DNA of 64,000 nucleotides. It comes from an uncultured Thermoplasmatales archaeon. GTDB lineage: Archaea; Thermoplasmatota; E2; UBA202; DSCA01. The notes beneath the pieces are model-generated. The model saw nothing but the letters and a program-made list of their open reading frames with translations, had not been told where the DNA came from and made no database searches. Where the stretch lies: contig CAZSHJ010000001.1 in assembly GCA_964606745.1 (NCBI GenBank), positions 18,091-82,090 on the forward strand, in the 5' to 3' direction. Each line of letters starts with the position of its first letter. Position 1 is the stretch's first letter. The position numbers and the translations under genes are program-made. This document shows positions 56,184-64,000 of this stretch, in pieces.

Positions 56184-56855
56184 CTATCTGTAGGGCAGAG
56201 TAAAAAAGAAGATATTTCCTTCTTTACCGCCCTCAACCCATATCCTCCCACCATGATGCTCCACTATCTTTCTGCATATCGCCAGACCGACCCCTGCGCC
56301 GCCGTACCTCCCTCTTTCATGCAGACATTCAAAAACGTCGAATATACGCATGTAATCTTTCGGGGGGATGGATATGGCATTATCCTCAAAAATAAAGGTA
56401 CAGCCGTCTTTATTACCTCTGGATTTTATACTGACTGAAGGATTTTGACTACTGTTAAATTTTATAGCGTTTTCCATTAAATTCGTAAAAAGTTCCTTTA
56501 TTTCCCCTCTATTCGCATTTATCACCGGCAGGGGGCCACTCTTCACAGTACCATTTCTTTCCCTGATAAACGTGCCCATTTCCGCACATGCCTCCAGAAA
56601 AACTTCATTAAGATTAACTTCAGATTTGCTTTCATCCCGCTCGATTCTCGATAGTTTCAACAGGCCATCTATCATATCATTCATTCTCCCAGCCGCAGAC
56701 ATCATTCTCTTCAGGTATTCATTTCCTCTCTCGTCAAGTTTGTCTCCGTACTCATCGGCCAGAAAAGCACCAAAAACTTTTATGGAACGCAACGGCTCGT
56801 ATAAATCATGGGAAATGACGTACAAAAACTTCTCCATTTCATCTTCCGTTTTCAC
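56184..56855 (-). CDS. histidine kinase (HisKA plus HATPase_c, no sensor domain)
   Basis: 223 aa. H-box VISHDLYEPLRSI, N-box and G-boxes (GGAGVGLAICRKIVEHHGG). Confidence 0.75.
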   Translation of the reverse strand: MKTEDEMEKFLYVISHDLYEPLRSIKVFGAFLADEYGDKLDERGNEYLKRMMSAAGRMNDMIDGLLKLSRIERDESKSEVNLNEVFLEACAEMGTFIRERNGTVKSGPLPVINANRGEIKELFTNLMENAIKFNSSQNPSVSIKSRGNKDGCTFIFEDNAISIPPKDYMRIFDVFECLHERGRYGGAGVGLAICRKIVEHHGGRIWVEGGKEGNIFFFTLPYR

Positions 56856-56928
56856 AGCAAATAATCCCTTTGGTTATTTAAATATTGGCGGACTGTAATA
56901 AATATATATCAAAAATGAATGTGCAACC

Positions 56929-57489
56929 ATGGTAAAAGGCAGTATGGATAAAATCGTGGCTGGAATACTCATTGCAGTGATTGTAATTGCAATAGGTGTC
57001 TTTGCATATTATAGCCTCTCAAAAAACGAAAAGGAGAGCGCCATCCTAATAGTCTCTTACGAAAACGAAAAATATAGTTACAGCATTTCGGATTTGAAAA
57101 ATTTGGATGATTTTTCTGGAAGTGGCGGCTACATAACTTCTCATGGTTTCATCAGGGGTCCGGAAAATTATACGGGCGTTAGAATAACAGAACTTCTGGG
57201 TAAAATTGACGCTACCGGCGATTACAAACTAGAGGTCATTGCCAAAGACAACTATTCAGTGAACTACACCATTGATGAAATCGAGGGCAATGTAACTGTT
57301 TACGATATCTCCAGGAATGAAACGGTTACGGGCGGAGTAACAATGATTCTGGCATATGTTGAAAATGGAAATTACAATTTTGATGATGGCCCACTGCGAA
57401 TTGCCTATGTCAACGACCAAGGGGCGATAACGTCCTCGAAACTCTGGGCAAAATGGGTAGTGGAGTTGAAAATTATTGATGATGAATAA
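56929..57489 (+). CDS. membrane-anchored extracellular protein, hypothetical
   Basis: 186 aa. N-terminal TM IVAGILIAVIVIAIGVFAYY, then a beta-rich domain. Confidence 0.35.
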   Translation: MVKGSMDKIVAGILIAVIVIAIGVFAYYSLSKNEKESAILIVSYENEKYSYSISDLKNLDDFSGSGGYITSHGFIRGPENYTGVRITELLGKIDATGDYKLEVIAKDNYSVNYTIDEIEGNVTVYDISRNETVTGGVTMILAYVENGNYNFDDGPLRIAYVNDQGAITSSKLWAKWVVELKIIDDE

Positions 57490-57877
57490 GCGACTCCGCA
57501 ACTTCCTTCAATTTGGGTAAGACATCATACTTCCCCATCTCCGAAGGATTTATCCATTCATATTCAGTATGCTCCCAGTCAATTTTTACAATATCGGTAT
57601 TTGACCTGAAAAGGAAAGGATGAACCGTCCATGTCTTTCCCTCGGTCTTATCAAAAAAGGTGATGGGCTTCCCTTCTTTTTCCAGTTTTACACTACCACC
57701 GAATAACCCCGTCTCCTCCTCTATCTCTTTCATAGCCCTCTCACACATGATGTCGCCTTCCTCAACATAACCTGAAACACATGCCCATTTTCCCTTATGC
57801 GTGCCAACTCTGTTGCTCCTCTTCAACAGAAGCATCTTATCCTCATAGAGAATTACACATGTTACCACGTCCGGCAT
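57473..57877 (-). CDS. NUDIX hydrolase
   Basis: 134 aa. Nudix box GKWACVSGYVEEGDIMCERAMKEIEEETGL (G.5E.7REUXEEXGU). Confidence 0.75.
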   Translation of the reverse strand: MPDVVTCVILYEDKMLLLKRSNRVGTHKGKWACVSGYVEEGDIMCERAMKEIEEETGLFGGSVKLEKEGKPITFFDKTEGKTWTVHPFLFRSNTDIVKIDWEHTEYEWINPSEMGKYDVLPKLKEVAESLIHHQ

Positions 57878-57881
57878 TTCA

Positions 57882-59672
57882 TCACCTTATTTTCATTGCC
57901 AGCCTGCCATTTGATGCGATGGTGTTTATTATTTCCTTGCCCTGCTTGCTATTCCTGTTTATTTTTATGCTTCCCTGCTGGGAAAGGCTGCCGGAGAGTA
58001 TGGTTCTGCCGTCGACAGTTACATCCACTCCCGTGCCCCCATATATATCGCCAACCTGGAGTATAATGAAATTCTTTCTTTTCAGCACGGATGGCACAAT
58101 ATCGGATGATGAAGCAATGGGCTGCACATTTAATTTTATACCTGCCTCATCCTCTATTCTCGATATGGTCTTACCTGCCTTTCCTATTATGCGGGGGATG
58201 CTCCGCTCCTCGACATATACAACTGCCGAGTTACCTGACTTCATCTTCACATCTACTGAACCATCGACATATTTCTCAATTATGGAACGAATTTGCCCCT
58301 CAGCAAGCCTTTCCACCGAATTTTTCGGTTTTTCACCCTCAATAGGCATCACCACCACCTGCTCCCCGTAGGAATATATCTCGTACAACTCCTTCTTTGT
58401 GTGGAAATCTCTCACAAGTATGACCGGGCGGGCGAGGTCGGCATCCTCCATGCCCGATGGCAATTTAACCATGAATTCCATCTCAAGTATCTGTTCAATT
58501 CTCCCGCCTTTGATGTGTATGACTGTATCGGCAACCTGAGGAATCATGCCCAACTCCACCCTCCCTATCAGACGCTGTACCGCATCTATGGCACGGTTTG
58601 CATGTGTCACGCCGATAAGCCCTATTCCCGCAAGTCTCATATCGGCGAATATACGGAAATCCTCGCTTTTTCTCACTTCATCATAAACAACAAAATCAGG
58701 CCTTACCAGAAGAATGATATCCGAGGTTAATTCCATGTTATATTCGAGAGGGGCATACTGTGTTATCTCATCTCCTACCTGCAAATCCCTGGGACTTTCC
58801 ATGGTCTTGATAACGGCATTTTTATCCCCCAGATAATCAGCCACCGCCTGTGCAAATGTCGACTTGCCTGAGCCAGGAGGCCCGGAAACAATTATGCCCC
58901 TCCTGTAATCCGCCAGCCGCCCCCTGGTTTCCTCATCGAGTTCATAATCATCTATCGACAGTTTTATGACGGGACGCGTTACCGTTATTTCGAATCTGTC
59001 GGAGAATGGCGGACGGGCTATCACCACCCTCATTGCTCCCAGCTGCACGACCGTAACTCCTTTTCTCTCGATTTCTATGAAACTGTCCTTTTTCCTTTTG
59101 GCCGCTTCTATTATCTCCCTGCTCATCGCCCCCATCTCTTTCTCCTTTAGCCTCATTTTCCCGACATTTATAATTTCAAAGTTACCGGGTTTGCCTTTTT
59201 TTGCACGCGGTACACAACCTTCCCTAAGGTGAACACTCATAGTACCATCATCAAAATATCCTTCTACCTGCAATTCTTTAATTTCCTGCTCGGGACGGAT
59301 ATAACGGGTCTTGAGACCTTTCGCCCCTGCCACATGTGCCTGCAACCGGTCAGAGGTAAAAAGCACCGCACGGCTTTCTTCGGATATCCTTCTTATTTCC
59401 GCATCTATTTCGCTTGGATGAGATATTTTTTCCGGAGGGGGCCGCTCGCCAACAAAATGGAGATTTATCTTACCTTCCTGATGAAAAACCTGAAGTTGGA
59501 TTATTTCATCCAGGCCGCTTATGCCGCTTTCAAACCCTTCACTTGCCTGGTGCTCCAGTTCCGCTATGACCGCCTCGGGTATCACTATGTCGATGTTTTC
59601 GAGTTCGCCGGCCCTGATAAGATTTGTTATTCTTCCATCGACGATTACGGAAGTATCAGGAACTATTTTCAT
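57882..59672 (-). CDS. conserved archaeal PIN-domain / PhoH-like ATPase / KH-domain protein (COG1855 type)
   Basis: 596 aa. N-terminal PIN ([13 protein letters not shown]), central P-loop [14 protein letters not shown]-terminal KH-like region. Confidence 0.7.
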   Translation of the reverse strand: MKIVPDTSVIVDGRITNLIRAGELENIDIVIPEAVIAELEHQASEGFESGISGLDEIIQLQVFHQEGKINLHFVGERPPPEKISHPSEIDAEIRRISEESRAVLFTSDRLQAHVAGAKGLKTRYIRPEQEIKELQVEGYFDDGTMSVHLREGCVPRAKKGKPGNFEIINVGKMRLKEKEMGAMSREIIEAAKRKKDSFIEIERKGVTVVQLGAMRVVIARPPFSDRFEITVTRPVIKLSIDDYELDEETRGRLADYRRGIIVSGPPGSGKSTFAQAVADYLGDKNAVIKTMESPRDLQVGDEITQYAPLEYNMELTSDIILLVRPDFVVYDEVRKSEDFRIFADMRLAGIGLIGVTHANRAIDAVQRLIGRVELGMIPQVADTVIHIKGGRIEQILEMEFMVKLPSGMEDADLARPVILVRDFHTKKELYEIYSYGEQVVVMPIEGEKPKNSVERLAEGQIRSIIEKYVDGSVDVKMKSGNSAVVYVEERSIPRIIGKAGKTISRIEDEAGIKLNVQPIASSSDIVPSVLKRKNFIILQVGDIYGGTGVDVTVDGRTILSGSLSQQGSIKINRNSKQGKEIINTIASNGRLAMKIR

Positions 59673-59731
59673 TGATTGGCTTAACGCCCCTCAAATATAA
59701 AACTATTACTGATGTAAAAACAATGACTGTT

Positions 59732-59852
59732 ATGGGCCCGGCCGGATTTTCGAACAAACTTGCGAGGAAGTGTGACTTGCCTGTAAGTCTGCATTCGAAC
59801 CGGCGACCATCTGGTTATGAGCCAGACGCTCCACCTGGCTAAGCTACGGGCC
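59732..59852 (-). tRNA. tRNA with CAU anticodon (elongator Met or Ile2) and a 47-nt intron in the T-loop
   Basis: Acceptor GGGCCCG/CGGGCCC, discriminator A. Anticodon stem TCTGG/CCAGA with loop CUCAUAA. T-stem GCCGG/CCGGC separated by 54 nt: TTCGAA [47 nt] T. G1:C72 argues against an initiator. Confidence 0.7.
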
Positions 59853-59917
59853 CTCAAAACCCATATCTGAATCAGATATATAAAAAATTTGTATTGGTAT
59901 GCCTGCCTTCATGAGAT

Positions 59918-62900
59918 TTATTCGGATTTGATAAAAAACTGCTTCCACTTCCGGAATATGCCGAGTAGTCTATTTTTTCTTTTCAGGAAAAAAGCAGCCG
60001 TCATGCATACGGCAGCTATTAAACTCAGGTAAAATCCAAGACCAGGTCCCCAACTGCACGATATGCCAGCCTTTTCCTGGATTCCCGGTACAGATATATC
60101 CAAATTGCCGTTACCCGAAAAGCTACCCACCCCGATGTTGGTTACTTGAGACATTGTGTAGAAAAAGAGTAAGACCGTGATAAGTACCAGTACAATGCTT
60201 ACGACGGATAGGACGGATGAGATTTTTTCCGTCCTGTTTTTTATAGACATACTCAGGGCAATGCTTACACATGCTGCCATTAATAACACAACGAGTACAT
60301 CGAGCGCCATAGTAAACTCCGGCGGAACGAGGCTCACCTCTCCACCGATAACCGATTGTGATGTTGTCAGCGTAACTATCTTGGACGGTACCAGTAGTGT
60401 TTTTGTATTTGTTGATATCATCCCGTCATCCCCTCTTAAAGTCCACCAGGGCGAAACAATTGCCGTTATTATAAGGGCAAATGCAAGTAACTTCACGCCG
60501 ACATGGATATCCTTCTTCCACAAAACAAATAGAACAGAGAAAACAGCAATAGCGATACCCAGATATGTTACCATTATATGTAAAGAAGATTTTTGCGAAG
60601 TTACAACATCGAGCGACTTATCTCCTCTTATATCTATTTTTTGCATGGCTGTCTCCCTGCCATCCGTAAATATGTGCATTTCGTATTCCCCCGGCGGAAC
60701 GAAAACCGTTGCTTTCCCATTCCGTCCAATCTCTGTTGCAATATTTTCCCCTCCCCTTTCCAGAAATATTTTTCCTTCTTTAAGCTGCATTCCATGTGAA
60801 TTCATTACGTCGATATCTATGGCAAACTCCGCCGGGAACGTCAGCCCGAGCACCTTATCCCCGCTGAGAGAGATATCCTCCTCGATAACAAATGACTTGT
60901 AGCTCATCCTGAGGTCATAGTCTGCAGGATAGAGATTAATAAACATATACTTACCGTTTCCCTGTTTTTCTGCAGATATGGGAGTCGGTTTAACCATTTC
61001 ATCACTTGTAAGCATCGGGCTGATGTCAACGGCAGGGGGCATCCCCCAGGTATCCTTCACGTTCAGTTCAAGCTGGTACAAGGAAATGCCGAATGTCTTT
61101 TTCAGCGGCAATAAACGACGTGCCAGAGACAGACGAATTTCTTTTTCCTCGACCAGAAAGCCATGATATATGACCTTTAATACATATGAATGAGGGAGGG
61201 AGTAAGGAGCCTTCAGACGGGCACTTCCGTTTTTATCTGATAATGATTCTGCTATCGTCACATCGCCTTCAGTCAATGAAAATTTCACATTTTCAACTCC
61301 GTTTTCATTCTGGTCTGCAATAGATGTCTGCAGTTTTCCTTCAGGTCTGCAACATACATGAACAGAAGCATTTTCCTCCATTTCAATGATTTTAAAACCG
61401 ATGTATTGTCTCTCTTTTCCAAAGAGCGGGTTTTCTTTGTATACCTTTATCAAATATTTTCCTTCCTCCAGACCTGGAAAACAAATCTTTTTGAAGAGCG
61501 AAGCATTCCTCCAGTCAAAAAGCCCCAATGCAATCTTTACCTTTTCAACCAGGCTCGTGTCTTCAAAATCAAGCTCCATGCCTTCGGAGAGCGGGAGCCT
61601 TCCTATCGACCCGGATGACGAAAGACTGCCGGCTTTGTAAAGCTCTGCATATATGTATGAAATGTTTTTTCCTAAAACTGCAGAGAGTGTGGAACCGAGC
61701 GGAAGCGACGGAGCAAGATGTACGTAGGTGACGAGAGTATACCTGTCTTTTTCCTGCTCTTTGGACACGTTCCCCCTGTAAATCGGCCTACCTCCCACCG
61801 CCGCCGGGTATATTTCAGATTCCTTATCCACGGCTTCATACCCTTCGGTTTCAAATGTAATAAACTCCGCATTAAACGCCACGTTCATTCCCTTGGGCAG
61901 GGAAGTGTCATGTTTCCCGCTTTCATATGAATTTCTGGTTGCAAAGACATCGCCGCTATCTGCCTCGAGACCGGGAAGTTTTACGTGCTGTTTGGTGGAT
62001 GCCTTAACCTGCAGCCCGTCTTCTTCCCCTTCCAAAAATCCGGTGATTGACTCAAACACCAGACCGTGTGCCTTTCCGGTTGATGGGTCGTCCATACACA
62101 GCCATGCTCTGCTTCCAATATCGGCATCACTCGCTGTGGAAAGAACCCACTCCTCCTTTTCAGTGTTAGGGTCTGTTGGAATCAAATATTCTTTGATACT
62201 ATTGTCCTCGCCGTAGAAGTGGAGTGATGGGAGAATATTTCCGATATTCATCTTGTCAATAGTTGCGCTTCTGGCTTTGAATGTAGCCAGGGAAGCATAG
62301 GTAGGATCTCTTTGCTGGGCTCCTTTAATCTCTGTTGTTTCAAGTACTTCGTGGTAAACATTTACGTTCAAACGTTTGGCTAAGGTCGGGCAGTAATAAT
62401 AGGTGTAGATATTATCGGTTTTTATTATGCCTTCCGGAGAAACGCCCCCTATTCTCAGCCTGACCATAAGATTTCCGTCTACAAGTATTGACTTAGATAT
62501 ATCGGTAGCCATTGACGTTCCTGCACTTTCTTTTTCCCCGTCGATATTGTAGCTCATATAGAATGCAGCAATTTGATCTGAATTTACCGTTTCAAATTCC
62601 GTAGACTCCGGCTTGAGTTTTATGACGGAATTTGACATACCGTTTCCAAGCAATATTCCTTTCTGGCATACCCCGTAGACGATATACTCTCCCTGAATAA
62701 TCTTGTAGTAATCAAAATCAATTTTCTGTCCGGAGATGGGTTCATAGAAATAGTGGGTGTCTTCAATGGATAAATGGTCATCGTATTCCGGTGAATCGGT
62801 TTCAGAACCGTCATACAAAACATAATATGTTTCCTTTCCGTCAGCATCTTCGGGGATAAGAAAAACCAGACTGCATGCCGTAATATGAGAATTATCGCCG

Positions 62901-63211
62901 TGCTCCAGGTCGTAAATCTGGGATTCCAGTTCCGTCAAGCCAGACCCAGCATCATAACCTATGCGAATAGAATGTGCTGTTTCGTCCTCTGCCCAGCAGG
63001 GATGACCGAACTCCACGCGCATGTCAACCGGCTGGAATTTTGCTTCCTCCAGACCCGTACCTATCGGGACTGCCAATTCTTGCTTAAAAGCCAGGTCATC
63101 GATACTTTTTGTAACGGTTTCCCCTGAAGAAAATACATTGCTGCCAAAGGATGAAAAAAGTATGGATAAAGTGATCGTGTACAATAAAAGAGGTCTTATC
63201 GAAAGTGCCAT
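59918..63211 (-). CDS. very large secreted/cell-surface protein with N-terminal signal, multiple beta-rich domains and a C-terminal multi-helix membrane anchor, hypothetical
   Basis: 1097 aa. Signal MALSIRPLLLYTITLSILFSSFG. C-terminal ~200 aa contain about five hydrophobic helices and a basic tail. Confidence 0.5.
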   Translation of the reverse strand: MALSIRPLLLYTITLSILFSSFGSNVFSSGETVTKSIDDLAFKQELAVPIGTGLEEAKFQPVDMRVEFGHPCWAEDETAHSIRIGYDAGSGLTELESQIYDLEHGDNSHITACSLVFLIPEDADGKETYYVLYDGSETDSPEYDDHLSIEDTHYFYEPISGQKIDFDYYKIIQGEYIVYGVCQKGILLGNGMSNSVIKLKPESTEFETVNSDQIAAFYMSYNIDGEKESAGTSMATDISKSILVDGNLMVRLRIGGVSPEGIIKTDNIYTYYYCPTLAKRLNVNVYHEVLETTEIKGAQQRDPTYASLATFKARSATIDKMNIGNILPSLHFYGEDNSIKEYLIPTDPNTEKEEWVLSTASDADIGSRAWLCMDDPSTGKAHGLVFESITGFLEGEEDGLQVKASTKQHVKLPGLEADSGDVFATRNSYESGKHDTSLPKGMNVAFNAEFITFETEGYEAVDKESEIYPAAVGGRPIYRGNVSKEQEKDRYTLVTYVHLAPSLPLGSTLSAVLGKNISYIYAELYKAGSLSSSGSIGRLPLSEGMELDFEDTSLVEKVKIALGLFDWRNASLFKKICFPGLEEGKYLIKVYKENPLFGKERQYIGFKIIEMEENASVHVCCRPEGKLQTSIADQNENGVENVKFSLTEGDVTIAESLSDKNGSARLKAPYSLPHSYVLKVIYHGFLVEEKEIRLSLARRLLPLKKTFGISLYQLELNVKDTWGMPPAVDISPMLTSDEMVKPTPISAEKQGNGKYMFINLYPADYDLRMSYKSFVIEEDISLSGDKVLGLTFPAEFAIDIDVMNSHGMQLKEGKIFLERGGENIATEIGRNGKATVFVPPGEYEMHIFTDGRETAMQKIDIRGDKSLDVVTSQKSSLHIMVTYLGIAIAVFSVLFVLWKKDIHVGVKLLAFALIITAIVSPWWTLRGDDGMISTNTKTLLVPSKIVTLTTSQSVIGGEVSLVPPEFTMALDVLVVLLMAACVSIALSMSIKNRTEKISSVLSVVSIVLVLITVLLFFYTMSQVTNIGVGSFSGNGNLDISVPGIQEKAGISCSWGPGLGFYLSLIAAVCMTAAFFLKRKNRLLGIFRKWKQFFIKSE

Positions 63212-63301
63212 ACATGCAGGATAAGTTTTAGCACAATATAAACGTTTTTAAAATGCTTTCTAACGCCGGGCACTACCGTCAACAGTGCAATCTCAATCTG
63301 T

Positions 63302-63943
63302 TCATACAAACAGGAATACCAGAGGCACCAGCATAAATGCAACGCCCAGGATAGCTATTGCCAGCCCTACCTTCCCGAGTTTGTATTTTTCCGGCAAAAC
63401 CTTCTGGCTCAGGTAGATTATGCCTATGCCATAAATAATTACACCGATAACCCCTATGAACATAAGGGTCAGACTCAGCACCAATATGACCGACAGCCCC
63501 CAGCACATTAGTATGGCAAGCGGTATGCCGAGCGATAGTATATATATCATCAGGTAAAGCATGAATTTTTTGTATGGAAGGCGTTCCATATGCCGACTGA
63601 TTTTTTTCGCAGTTTCGTAGGACATCCTTGATGCAGCCTCAAAACCAGCGTAAACCGTACCGAACAGCGCAAAGATCACACTCACCTGAAACAGCGGTTT
63701 CAACCAGTCTGCCATGCGCGTGAATATTACCAGCTGCTCCTGGATTAATTTTGTATCTGATGGAAGGACATGACTATCTCCGAGCAAGTACTTGCCCGCA
63801 ATCAAATAGGATGCGGATACAAGCGACACAATCACAAATGCGATTGCCAGGTCTACAAGGATGGGCTTCAGCAGTATGTGTGATTTCTTTACTTCTGCGA
63901 CATCATCGGGCAGATACGTTATTTCCCCCTTTTCCCTGAACAT
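63302..63943 (-). CDS. polytopic membrane protein, hypothetical
   Basis: 213 aa, five or six TM helices. Confidence 0.4.
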   Translation of the reverse strand: MFREKGEITYLPDDVAEVKKSHILLKPILVDLAIAFVIVSLVSASYLIAGKYLLGDSHVLPSDTKLIQEQLVIFTRMADWLKPLFQVSVIFALFGTVYAGFEAASRMSYETAKKISRHMERLPYKKFMLYLMIYILSLGIPLAILMCWGLSVILVLSLTLMFIGVIGVIIYGIGIIYLSQKVLPEKYKLGKVGLAIAILGVAFMLVPLVFLFV

Positions 63944-64000
63944 GCGGAAAAGTTTTTGTGAAAAGCCGTCCGGATTTTCCCTGCCCCTGAAAATACCCCA

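Noticed and set aside
56096-56254. 53-codon N-terminal extension of the DUF1724-type regulator ORF
   Set aside because: It would overlap the 3' end of the upstream histidine-kinase gene by 70 nt and has no wHTH features. The internal Met start was used.

Overview
This 64-kb window looks archaeal, about 40% GC by eye, with several conspicuously AT-rich islands.

Evidence for archaeal origin:
- Hallmark genes: TBP, TiaS, a Cbf5/TruB-type pseudouridine synthase, a DUF1724-type regulator, a COG1855 PIN/KH ATPase and an AsnRS-like AsnA.
- Two tRNAs carry 47-nt introns inside the T-loop.

I found no CRISPR array and no rRNA.

Content by region:
- 0.8-5.2 kb: two diverged IS6-family insertion sequences in direct orientation bracket a cassette of small zinc-ribbon genes. 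One copy has clear IS6-like inverted repeats, an 8-bp direct repeat and about 1 kb of passenger small ORFs.
- 5.2-8 kb, 23-26.5 kb and 46-48 kb: four large secreted proteins. Three are clan CD/CA cysteine peptidases (papain C1, gingipain-like C25, legumain/clostripain-like). Each carries PKD-like FDWGDG modules.
  - Three of the four end in the same unusual C-terminal tail, DPLPVSMP...LEK..W..Q.FG(RE.LPWTFNL). This may be a novel sorting or anchoring signal.
  - Two of the genes are followed by a 145-bp repeat that encodes a 39-aa CxxC...CxxC mini zinc-ribbon ORF.
- 8-17 kb: core metabolism. Agmatinase, GNAT, two tandem glutamine synthetases, glyoxylate-reductase-like dehydrogenase, GcvH, an OPT transporter and a PqqD-like peptide-chaperone domain protein.
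- 17.7-21 kb: a PPDK-N-type PEP-utilizing enzyme, then an MCM-like AAA+ ATPase with an N-terminal HhH.
- 21-30.4 kb: HAD hydrolase, TsaA/TrmO, enolase, and a bacterial-type glutaminyl-tRNA synthetase that looks GC-rich and laterally acquired.
- 30.5-32.9 kb: an AT-rich island of four unknown genes ending at tRNA-Gln(CUG).
- 32.9-38.7 kb: Lrp, AsnA-like, a troR-troABC metal-uptake operon and UppS.
- 39.9-44.1 kb: a candidate integrated element. tRNA-Val, a tyrosine recombinase, TBP, an MBL-fold hydrolase and an isoprenoid-synthase-like gene end at a 22-bp direct repeat of the tRNA 5' end.
- 46-64 kb: tRNA-Ser, Cbf5, ThyX, TiaS, a multi-PAS sensor kinase, intron-containing tRNA-His, UbiA prenyltransferase, a second histidine kinase, NUDIX, the COG1855 ATPase, intron-containing tRNA-CAU, and a 1097-aa secreted/membrane protein.

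All calls rest on reading the translated ORFs and the DNA by eye. No database searches were run.
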